A program made the position numbers and the translations under genes. Source: Cardinium endosymbiont of Dermatophagoides farinae (GTDB lineage: Bacteria; Bacteroidota; Bacteroidia; Cytophagales; Amoebophilaceae). Taken from it: a stretch of 24,000 bases of DNA. Below, piece after piece: positions 15,829 through 23,631 of the stretch. Positions within the stretch are counted from its first letter, which is position 1, and the number at the start of each line of letters is the position of its first letter. The notes under the pieces are model-generated. The model was not told where the DNA came from. It did not search any database and saw only the letters and a list, made by a program, of their open reading frames with translations. The stretch is from NCBI RefSeq assembly GCF_007559345.1, contig NZ_VMBH01000003.1:30602-54601 (forward strand), given 5' to 3'.

Positions 15829-15889
15829 CAGGTTTTTGACTATTTATTAAAGTAATTGTAAAGTTATTACTTTAATAGTCAAGAACCTG
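15829..15889. terminator. Long imperfect hairpin after the 270-aa ORF (possible bidirectional terminator)
   Basis: caggtttttgactatt[tatt]aaagtaat - tgtaaagtt - attacttt aatagtcaagaacctg. This gives about 24 bp paired, with 1 mismatch and a 4-nt bulge. T-rich tracts follow on both strands but are not immediately adjacent on the plus strand. Confidence 0.4.
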
Positions 15890-16032
15890 AAAAATTACTT
15901 TTTTGTTTAAATTTTAGTTCGTAAAGGAATTTTTGGTGTCTCTCGTGATCAGTTTTTTTTCCTCGATATCTACCCTGTTCATGCGCTTTTTTGATTCCCT
16001 GCTTCTGTCGTATCTATTCACCGCAGTGGTTT

Positions 16033-16356
16033 TTAAGCGACTATATTTTTTAATTGTGTGAAAGGATTTAGTTTTTGTTGCTTAGCGGTTAGATATAAAG
16101 TGATAAGACGTTCTAAGAATCTATCACCCCTTTCTGATTGGGTAAAGTAAGCGTTTTTACGATAGACCACGTAATGTTTGATTTGTCTTTCAGCTAAGTT
16201 ATTGGTCAAAGGAATGTTTACTGGATCTTCATAAAATCTCCATAGCATAGGTTCTGCTCGCATTATATTTCTGGCCACGAGACTAGCTTGTTCAGCAAGT
16301 GGCAGCCTAGTAATAGCTTTTAAGCCATACCAGGTTTCGCAGTTTTCTAATATGCC
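16033..16356 (-). pseudogene. IS66-family transposase C-terminal relic
   Basis: The open frame without a proper start reads ...LAEQASLVARNIMRAEPMLWRFYEDPVNIPLTNNLAERQIKHYVVYRKNAYFTQSERGDRFLERLITLYLTAKQQKLNPFTQL. This matches the IS66 C-terminal pattern NN.AER.I+....RKN..F..S..G......L..T.K...NP. A stop at 16357-16359 and out-of-frame fragments up to about 16490 indicate decay. Confidence 0.6.
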
Positions 16357-16789
16357 TTAAAAAGACAATTAGCTCAATAGAACGATTCAAAAAAGATTGA
16401 TGCAAGACAAAAAGCTCACTAGCTATCTCTTTTAAATAATAGCCTAATGCTTTAACACCACTGTTCCAACTATGTGCAAACTGAGGCCGTTGTCATAGGT
16501 ATATAGTATAGTTTTGGTATAGTTTTTGGTGTTATTTTTTCTATTAAGGAGCCATGTATTTTATTTTTTATTGATTTTCAATGTTATTTTTTATATTTTT
16601 GTTCATTTTAGATAGACCATCCCCTAAAGACCTCTTAATATGATATTTGGGGCTCTATATAAGTTATAGGCTATTGCTTCCATAACATGTTTCGTATGCG
16701 TTTTATCAAGTCTTATATAACGGGCTTTTCCGCTTCTGAACCAGCTTTGTTAGGTAGGAGGAGGGTATTACTATCCTCCTCCCCCTTAG

Positions 16790-16823
16790 AAACGCAGCTT
16801 GCGAGTTTCCCCGCACTACGCTT
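16790..16823 (-). ncRNA. Group II intron domain V (34 nt)
   Basis: AAGCGTAG-TGCGGG-GAAA-CTCGCA-AG-CTGCGTTT. It has the AGC catalytic triad, a 2-nt bulge, a GNRA (GAAA) tetraloop, and both helices pair (with G-U wobbles). Confidence 0.85.
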
Positions 16824-16830
16824 GGGCCCC

Positions 16831-18399
16831 TTATCTAAGTCCTGTTGTTCTAGAACCGGCTTGTCCGTCATGGTTTAACTTCTTTTGTGGTGACACTAGC
16901 AGTAGTGAATTTTCTTTTGAGAATGAGCTCCTCAATATCTTTGTACGAGTTGCTCTTTCTTCAAAATACTTTTTCCATCTTATATCTAGCGGATTTGCAT
17001 CTGCTCTGATTTTAACATGTCGTCTTATAGGTATATCGCTTAGTTTTAATAAGCGCATTTCCTTTGATTGGTTTCCTGCTATAGATGAGGCAAAGACCCA
17101 TTGGCGCGAACCTCTTATCTTAAAATAACGGTTCTTTATCCAACGTAATCCTTTGCATGGATGTCTTCTCTTTGCCCATCTCCATAGTGACTGCATAACT
17201 TCATGGTCTATTTTACTAAAAGCTTGCTTAGCGCATACATGGCGATAATAGTTTCCCCAACCTCTTAATATTGGATTGAGTAATTTAATGATTATTGCCT
17301 GTGTATTTGCTCTGTTTGCTTTTATTAATGTACGCGCTTTCTTAAGAATGTTCTTGATACCTTCTTTTGAAGGTTTTATGATCAGTTTCTTATTGTATTT
17401 GCGTACATTACAACCAAGAAAATCAAACCCTGCATTAACGTGGGTAATTTTTGTCTTTTCTTCTGATAAGGTAAGCCCTCTTTCAGAGAGAAAGGAAGAT
17501 ATTAATGGCTTAACTTCATCTTCCAGTATTTCACGCGTGTTTCCTGAAATAATGAAGTCGTCCGCATAACGGATTATGATTACTCCACTTCTGAGTCTTG
17601 CTCTTTTTGTACTGCCAATTTTTCCAAAGCGTTCTTCTAATAATCTTTCGAGCCCATCTAAGGTCAAGTTAGCTAGTACCGGAGAGATAATACCGCCTTG
17701 CGGGGTGCCTACCGTTGTCTGGTACAGTGTTTTCGATTCTAGGAAACCGGCTTTTAACCAGTTATTAAGTATCCGTTTTTCTATAGGGATGTGTTTAATA
17801 AGCCATTCGTGGTTAATATTATCAAAACAGCCTTTGATGTCGCCCTCTAGTATCCATTTTGGACGCTTGTCCGCTGCAAGTAGTATATGACTCGCTTGGA
17901 TAGCGTCTGCGCAGGATCTTTTCGGTCTAAAGCCATAGGAATTTCGATCACTGGTTGTTTCAGCTATCGGTTCCAGTGCAAACAAATATAATGCTTGCAT
18001 AGCTCTGTCACGCATCGTGGGTATTCCAAGAGGTCTTCTTTTGCCATTGGATTTACTAATGTAGATCCGTTTTAGCGGAGAAGCTTTGTATCCTCTCTGT
18101 TTTAATTGTTTTATGCCTTGAAATTTAGTCTTGTCAGTCGACCATAATTGACGATCTATGCCTGATGTCCTTTTGCCTTGATTTTCCGTCACTCTCTTAA
18201 CGGCCAAAGCTTTGCCACTAAAAGACCGTGTTAAAAGATGTTGTAAGGCTTTTACCTTACCCCATCTTCCTTTTTGGACCGCCTTAACAATACGTCTTTG
18301 TAGCCGCATAACAACTTTTTGGCATTTTTTCCAGGGTAGCTGGTGCCATGCTTGGGAGTTATCGGTAGGTGCACTTACGCTATATAAACATGTAATCAT
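16831..18399 (-). CDS. Group II intron reverse transcriptase/maturase (no obvious HNH endonuclease domain)
   Basis: 522 aa. Motifs seen: WHQLPWKKCQKVVMRLQRRIVKA, RIYISKSNGKRRPLGIPTMRDRAMQ, GTPQGGIISPVLANL, IRYADDFII (YADD), and maturase X motif LNPILRGWGNYYRH. The C-terminus has no CxxC/HNH pattern. Confidence 0.95.
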   Translation of the reverse strand: MITCLYSVSAPTDNSQAWHQLPWKKCQKVVMRLQRRIVKAVQKGRWGKVKALQHLLTRSFSGKALAVKRVTENQGKRTSGIDRQLWSTDKTKFQGIKQLKQRGYKASPLKRIYISKSNGKRRPLGIPTMRDRAMQALYLFALEPIAETTSDRNSYGFRPKRSCADAIQASHILLAADKRPKWILEGDIKGCFDNINHEWLIKHIPIEKRILNNWLKAGFLESKTLYQTTVGTPQGGIISPVLANLTLDGLERLLEERFGKIGSTKRARLRSGVIIIRYADDFIISGNTREILEDEVKPLISSFLSERGLTLSEEKTKITHVNAGFDFLGCNVRKYNKKLIIKPSKEGIKNILKKARTLIKANRANTQAIIIKLLNPILRGWGNYYRHVCAKQAFSKIDHEVMQSLWRWAKRRHPCKGLRWIKNRYFKIRGSRQWVFASSIAGNQSKEMRLLKLSDIPIRRHVKIRADANPLDIRWKKYFEERATRTKILRSSFSKENSLLLVSPQKKLNHDGQAGSRTTGLR

Positions 18400-19210
18400 T
18401 TGCTTTCCTTCCTTAAGTGGTTAACAAAGTTTCTTGTCACGAGGGACCTAGTGGAAGTCTGCTTGCTTTCGCATGGGTTGATCTTGCAAACCCTATCCAT
18501 GCCGTTACAGAATGGCGTTCGCTTTCTCCACTTTCCTTTACCTGCATGCTCAACAGCTTTCCTTACGGATTACCTGCCTTTGATAAAGGCGAGCATACAG
18601 GCTTACCCTGTTCCTTCTACCATACTTCGGTGATTTAGGTGGCTTCAATATACCGGTGGACTTATTGTTTGCGTACATCCAGTATTAAAAAAATGTATCC
18701 TTTCCACGTACCATTTTGGTTTGAGCTTGTCAGCATCTTTAGCTCATTTTTGGTAACGATACTTGTTAAAACTTCACTTACGTTCACCATATCACTAGCC
18801 TAGACCTCCAACCGCATGATGCTTGCAGTTTATGCACATCTCGCGATGCTGCATTTTCTCTTTTTTTTTTCAAGAAGAGGTTCATTGTCCGTGTCGCTTA
18901 GCACCAATCGGTTGCCCAATTCGCACCGATACGTAGGCTCAGATGGCAAAACATCTGGTTTAATAAGGCTCTAATGTGTTACCTCTTGCGAGGTTCATTT
19001 CATCTCCTTTTAAACAATACAGTAGAAGACTTTCAGGTCGCACTAATACTACCAAATACACGTTCTACTTTGTAGCGTGTTTCACCACCAATTTATTAAA
19101 CCGCTTAGCAGTAGATGATAAGGGATGGTTTCTAGTAGCTTTCTTTTGAATAGCTGATTTAGGGTATTAAGGGTATTAGGCAAAATCGTCCGTAAATACA
19201 CGCTAAGCGC

Positions 19211-19738
19211 TTACCACTTATTTTCATATTCTTCCATAACATGTGCGTCTGTAAAATTGAGATAGATTGCGGTGGTCATTAACCTATCATGACCAAGTAT
19301 TTTTTGAACGGATGCCAAAGATATTCCTTTTTGTAGTGCTAAAGTGGCGAATGTATGACGCAGGACATGCGGGGTAACTTCTTGTGTTATTTTTGCTTTG
19401 TTAGCAATCTGTTTAATAATTTTTTGCACTTGCCTTACGCCAATAGGCCAGGAATTATTAATTGCGAAATAATGCTCAAGTAATGTTTGAACCCGCTTAG
19501 ACATGGGTACCACACGTTTTTTAGATTTTTTCCCATAAGGCCCACCTTTACCAGCAATACGCATCACCTTTTGTTGCCATAGGATTTGCTGTGGAGTAAG
19601 CCCACATAATTCGGATACTCTTAACCCTGTATCTAATAAAGTCCAGACGATTAATTTTTCTTTCACATTTTCACAAGCCTGACATAGTCGATCCGCTTCC
19701 TCAAATCGTAAAGGTTCTCTTACATATTGATAGGCCAT
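19211..19738 (-). CDS. Short tyrosine recombinase (catalytic domain only, XerC/D-integrase family)
   Basis: 175 aa. Catalytic signature: R in DTGLRVSELCGL, HVLRHTFAT (HxxR), LGHDRLMTT, and Y in AIYLNF. There is no N-terminal SAM-like/core-binding domain. Confidence 0.9.
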   Translation of the reverse strand: MAYQYVREPLRFEEADRLCQACENVKEKLIVWTLLDTGLRVSELCGLTPQQILWQQKVMRIAGKGGPYGKKSKKRVVPMSKRVQTLLEHYFAINNSWPIGVRQVQKIIKQIANKAKITQEVTPHVLRHTFATLALQKGISLASVQKILGHDRLMTTAIYLNFTDAHVMEEYENKW

Positions 19739-19755
19739 TTTATGATTTTGGTTTT

Positions 19756-19786
19756 AAGTTCGTAAAGAATTAAAATTTACGAACTT
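19756..19786. promoter_or_regulatory. lox/FRT-like candidate core site: perfect 11-bp inverted arms with a 9-bp spacer, 18 nt upstream of the recombinase ATG
   Basis: aagttcgtaaa gaattaaaa tttacgaactt, with arms verified as reverse complements. The related AGTTCGT motif also occurs at 15916-15926 (agttcgtaaag) and as the IR 19888-19894/19910-19916. Confidence 0.35.
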
Positions 19787-19999
19787 AATTCGTTATTTAT
19801 AAAAAAAGGTAATACTTTATATTAAGTAAAATGTAACAGATAATGAGCTGTAAGTAACTTATTTTTTTTAAGAGCATTTTTCTTTAGAGTTCGTCTTATC
19901 AATCGGATCACGAACTAGCGAAGTTATTGTTTTTTTGCCCAATTTTTTCGGGCTACTATATTCTTAGCGTGCTTTGTTTTCTGTTTCATGAGATCACCT

Positions 20000-20251
20000 C
20001 TAAATACAATATTTTGAGAAAAATTCTTTTAATGCTTTAGAAATAATGAATGAATTACTGATTCCTAATTCTTCTGCATATTTAGATAGTTTAGTATGTA
20101 ATCCTTTATCCATTTTTATAAGGTATTTACCCATGTTAGGTCTAATTGGTCTTCCTATTTTTTTCCGTACTATGGCTTGTTCACAATGCTCTTGCAATGA
20201 GATAGAAGCCTGTTTTTGATTTATATTTTGAAATGGATTATTTGAGCTCAT
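20000..20251 (-). CDS. Ribbon-helix-helix (CopG/ParG-like) DNA-binding protein, partner of ParA
   Basis: 83 aa. The C-terminal segment KYLIKMDKGLHTKLSKYAEELGISNSFIISKALKEFF fits a beta-strand/helix/helix RHH pattern. It lies immediately downstream of parA in the same orientation. Confidence 0.6.
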   Translation of the reverse strand: MSSNNPFQNINQKQASISLQEHCEQAIVRKKIGRPIRPNMGKYLIKMDKGLHTKLSKYAEELGISNSFIISKALKEFFSKYCI

Positions 20252-20309
20252 ACATAAAAATAGATAGATTACATTTAATGTAATGGTTAATTTTTAATTA
20301 AATATATCT

Positions 20310-20854
20310 TTAGTATATACTTAATTCACTAATTAAGGATTTAACCTGTTCTAATGCCTTACCAGTAACCGGTTCAGATAGTACTCTACTAAAGCTAATT
20401 AAATTAGAAAGCTCTGTTTTAGCTTTTTTTATTTCTGAATAGTTAGATTCATAAAGCGCTTTAACTTCTTTATAAGTATTATTATGTGGTTTACGAATTT
20501 CATTAAAAACAATTACAGCTTTTTGTGTCATGTTAAGTTTTTTTAGTTCATCCGAAAGCGCTCTTAATGCAAGTAAATCTGGGTACATAAGTTTACATGG
20601 AATCAATATTAAATCTACCTCTTGTATTAAGCTCTTCAAGTTACCTGTATTATAAGGTGGCGTATCGTGAAGAACAATCTTTTTTGTTATTTTTTCATAG
20701 GTTACTGGTACACGTAAACCAGTAAAGGACGAACTTACACGTATTGTTCCTTGGTTATCGTGATCAATAATATCAGCGTCTAATAAATCTGCTAGTGCAG
20801 ACACTAATGTACTTTTCCACACCCACCTTTTATATTTGCTACTAAAATTTGCAT
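20310..20854 (-). pseudogene. parA: ParA/Soj-type partition ATPase interrupted by a 1-nt frameshift inside the Walker A box
   Basis: ATG at 20854 gives MQILVANIKGGCGK-VH*. The long ORF resumes in another frame as ...KSTLVSALADLL. Adding one extra A to the run at 20813-20816 (ggaaaagt to ggaaaaagt) restores KGGCGKSTLV. The span is 545 nt, which is 3n-1. Confidence 0.75.
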
Positions 20855-20868
20855 ACAATAATATATAA

Positions 20869-20896
20869 TATATCTTTTGTATATACAAAAGATATA
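20869..20896. repeat. Perfect 28-bp palindrome upstream of parA (candidate operator / centromere site, copy 1)
   Basis: tatatcttttgtatatacaaaagatata, verified self-complementary. It starts 15 nt upstream of the parA ATG. Confidence 0.9.
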
Positions 20897-20990
20897 CGTA
20901 AACTCTAGTTTCTTACTACTAAAACTTATAATCTTTTATAGATATTCAACCCTTCAATAAATACCTAATATCAAACTAATTACTAATATA

Positions 20991-21018
20991 ATATATCTTT
21001 TGTATATATAAAAGATAT
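20991..21018. repeat. Second copy of the 28-bp palindrome (1 substitution)
   Basis: tatatcttttgtatatataaaagatata differs from copy 1 only by C to T at position 18. It lies 122 bp away from copy 1. The 5' flank ataatatat is shared. Confidence 0.9.
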
Positions 21019-21267
21019 ATTAATTATATTAATTCTATAAGAGTCCTAATATCATTTATTGTGCTTTCTATTTTTAATCTTACAGATAGATCATTATAAA
21101 ATCAAATAACAACGGTTTACCATTAGGATTGATTATACGTAATATTGTATTATATGAATCTGATATATAGAAGTTTTATTAGATGAAGCATTATGCTTTA
21201 TTTTTTCTATTATTACAGGATGGTTCACGTTTTTAATGCCATTTATTTGTCGTAATGTATTAATCGG

Positions 21268-22239
21268 ATGAGTAAGAAAATAAATAAGAAAAAGGATAAA
21301 AAAGAAGTAGCGGATAAGCCTCATGACACCGTATTTAAAAACACATTCTGTAACAAGGAAGCGATGCTAGATTTTCTAGCTGCTAATTTACCTTCCGATC
21401 TACTTGTGAAAATAGATAAAGAAAATTTAGAATTAACCAATAAAAGCTTTGTTGATCCAGTTGGGAGAAGAGGAGAGTCTGATTTAGTATTCAAAACCAA
21501 TATAAATGGAAAGGAAGGATACCTGTACATTCTTTGCGAGCATCAATCTATTGAGGATGCGTATATGCCTCTGCGCTTCATGGAGTATAACGTTCAGTTA
21601 CTTCGGCAACATCTAAAAGAAAAAGGAAATGGGCCTCTACCAGTGATATTAAATATCTGTATATATAATGGAAATAAGCCATATAAAGGGTCCAATAGTT
21701 TATTGTCAATGTTTGCTGATCCTGAGTTAGCCAGATCGTGCATGTTTGACAAGTTTCATCTGGTTGATCTTTATAGTACGTCTGAAGATGAGCTGCTTAG
21801 TTATAAAAAGGCCGCTTTTGCAGCTATGGTGCTCAAACAAGGCATTTATCGTTCATTTAATCAATGGTTTGCTAATCATATAGACTTAATTGTAGATCTC
21901 TTAGAAAAAGATTATATTAGCTATGCTGATCAAGTTTTTTTGTATATCTTACAGGTGGATAATCATCCAGATTTGTTAGAAACGATTAAACAATCTAACC
22001 CAAAATTAAAGGAAATCGCCATGTCAGTAGCTGAAAGATTAAGACAAGAAGGAGAACAAAAGGGGAGGCAAGAAGGTATCCGAATAGGTCAAGAAAAAGG
22101 GAAACTAGAAGGCAAGCTAGAAGGAGAAACAGAGAAAGCCATTTCTATTGCGAAGTCCATGCTTAATAAGGGCTATCCTATAGAGGATATTATTGCTCTT
22201 ACTGGTTTGTCTCCATCTCGTATCCAGGAACTTGTCTAG
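21268..22239 (+). CDS. Rpn-family recombination-promoting nuclease / YhgA-like PD-(D/E)XK putative transposase
   Basis: 323 aa. The N-terminal block HDTVFKNTF....FL...LP..L is characteristic of the family. It also has GESDLVFK...GYLYILCEHQS (a D...E.Q/K nuclease-core-like motif). A KGRQEGIRIGQEKGKLEGKLEGE repeat and a C-terminal helical tail are typical of this family. Confidence 0.8.
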   Translation: MSKKINKKKDKKEVADKPHDTVFKNTFCNKEAMLDFLAANLPSDLLVKIDKENLELTNKSFVDPVGRRGESDLVFKTNINGKEGYLYILCEHQSIEDAYMPLRFMEYNVQLLRQHLKEKGNGPLPVILNICIYNGNKPYKGSNSLLSMFADPELARSCMFDKFHLVDLYSTSEDELLSYKKAAFAAMVLKQGIYRSFNQWFANHIDLIVDLLEKDYISYADQVFLYILQVDNHPDLLETIKQSNPKLKEIAMSVAERLRQEGEQKGRQEGIRIGQEKGKLEGKLEGETEKAISIAKSMLNKGYPIEDIIALTGLSPSRIQELV

Positions 22240-22245
22240 GCATCT

Positions 22246-22611
22246 TTACTTACAACCATCATCTTCTATGTATTTTGGTTGAAAGATTTCAGTTCTAAAG
22301 AAATCATTATTCACCCAATATAGATCTGGATTTTTGGTTTTGGCTAATACCTTTTTGGAGCATAGTTCTGCTATCCCATCGCATGGATATTCCATATTGA
22401 TGTATATCATAAACCTATTAAATTCGTTTAGCTTAAATAAGAATTTTTCTTCTTTAAATGAATGTTTGAACATTAAATACTTGATGATATTCTTAGCTTT
22501 ATTTGACAGTTCATCTATGAAAAATCCGTCGAATTCTACCTCTGATCTGTAGTTTACGAAAGGATTTTCTTCAAATTCCTTGATTGCTTCTAGATTGTAT
22601 TTGTTGATCAT
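22246..22611 (-). CDS. Small conserved protein, paralog family A, second copy
   Basis: 121 aa: MINKYNLEAIKEFEENPF...NIIKYLM...EEKFLFKLNEFNRF...VLAKTKNPDLYWVN. The same blocks occur in the same order as in ORF 11325..11684. Confidence 0.7.
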   Translation of the reverse strand: MINKYNLEAIKEFEENPFVNYRSEVEFDGFFIDELSNKAKNIIKYLMFKHSFKEEKFLFKLNEFNRFMIYINMEYPCDGIAELCSKKVLAKTKNPDLYWVNNDFFRTEIFQPKYIEDDGCK

Positions 22612-22612
22612 A

Positions 22613-23527
22613 TCAAAATTTACTATTTCTTTTTATTTTACTTTTGACGATATGCTGTATTAGATCATTGTTCAACTTTTCACTATATAAATCTGCAATA
22701 GCTTCTTTATCTTTTTTAGACACTTCTTCCGATTGAACTTGCAACCTATTGATTCGTTCTACTAGTTCTCCCATATCTAAGATATTTTTATTTTTAATGC
22801 TTTCTAGTTGAAAGTATTTTACTGGATCATTTTTGTAAAAATTAGGATTGGATAGCGTTTTATCTATCTTTTTATTTTGAATTTCTAGATTTTTGATCTG
22901 TTCTTTGTAGACTGGAATTAATCTATTATTGGCCTCTTTAGAGGCAATCTTTATCTGATCTGATCTACGCAACTCTCTTTGAATATCTGAGCAAATGGAA
23001 TTTAATCTTTTTTGGTGGCTTTGTGCTTAGGAAATTACTACTTCTACCCGTAAAAGAATCTACCTTACCTAATAGAGATTTTTCTCTGTAACAGGAAAAA
23101 GAACAATCTCTTTTAACTTTTCTAGTACAATCTAAACTAGGAATATAGTCACTTGGGTTGAGACTAATGCCACTTATTTTTTCTGATATACCCAGCACTA
23201 CTTTACCATATTTCGCATCAGATAGATCTTTGAATAATGATTTACCTTGGTTTTTAATAGAATTGGCATCTTCCACACTCTTTTTTAGTTTTCTCATGCT
23301 ATCAGCCGCATCCTTCATTTGCACTAGAACGTTGTTAGAGGCACCTACTTGTTCTTCCATCAATTGGGCAGTCTTCTCTTCTGGAGATAGACCAGGTATC
23401 CACTTCTTTAATCCATTAGGTAATATTTTTGTTTAATCCTGATTGATAGAAGATCCTATACTTGCTGAAGAGGTGATAGTAATAATAAACATACTGCTAT
23501 TATTCCATATTTTTTAAATTTATTCAT
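22613..23527 (-). pseudogene. Secreted coiled-coil protein gene broken into three pieces (signal peptide / middle / C-terminal)
   Basis: A mini-ORF (23456-23527) reads MNKFKKYGIIAVCLLLLSPLQQV*, a signal peptide followed by a stop. The frame of ORF 22965..23363 is open upstream to about 23430 without a Met. The frame of ORF 22613..22972 is open upstream to about 23030, overlapping the previous ORF across a T6/A6 run (23008-23013). A 1-nt shift there fuses them: ...STKPPKK|RLNSICSDIQRELRRSDQIK... Confidence 0.4.
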
Positions 23528-23631
23528 TTTTTCTATTGGTTGAAGGAATACTTTTCTTCTATTTTCTATTGTGATTTTTTGTTCATTTTAAACTGATTTA
23601 ATGCCATCTACTACTGCGCTGCTGATCTCTC

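Larger units (their letters stand above)
16749..19043 (-). mobile_element. Group II intron (about 2.3 kb) with an intact RT/maturase ORF
   Basis: The 5' end is GTGCGAC (reverse complement of 19037-19043). Canonical domain V lies at 16790-16823. The domain VI helix ggaggagg/cctcctcc has a bulged A (16755) 6 nt before a ...CTAAC 3' end. The 3' boundary is uncertain by about 3 nt. The element is visibly more G+C-rich than its flanks. Confidence 0.85.

Noticed and set aside
16687-18638. Plus-strand ORFs 16687..16878, 16799..17128, 17276..17569, 17576..17890, 18212..18424, 18400..18633 and 18417..18638
   Set aside because: All lie antisense to the group II intron RNA and its RT gene. The region is fully explained by the intron.
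20911-20918. An extra tcttacta copy near the parA promoter as a link between the par region and the TAAGAT iterons
   Set aside because: A single 8-mer of this composition is expected about once or twice by chance on both strands of 24 kb of AT-rich DNA.
21133-21530. Minus-strand ORFs 21133..21324 and 21321..21530
   Set aside because: The first is an AT-rich low-complexity frame overlapping the Rpn gene start. The second is antisense inside the Rpn gene.
22334-23436. Plus-strand ORFs 22334..22552 and 23158..23436
   Set aside because: They are antisense shadows of minus-strand coding sequence.
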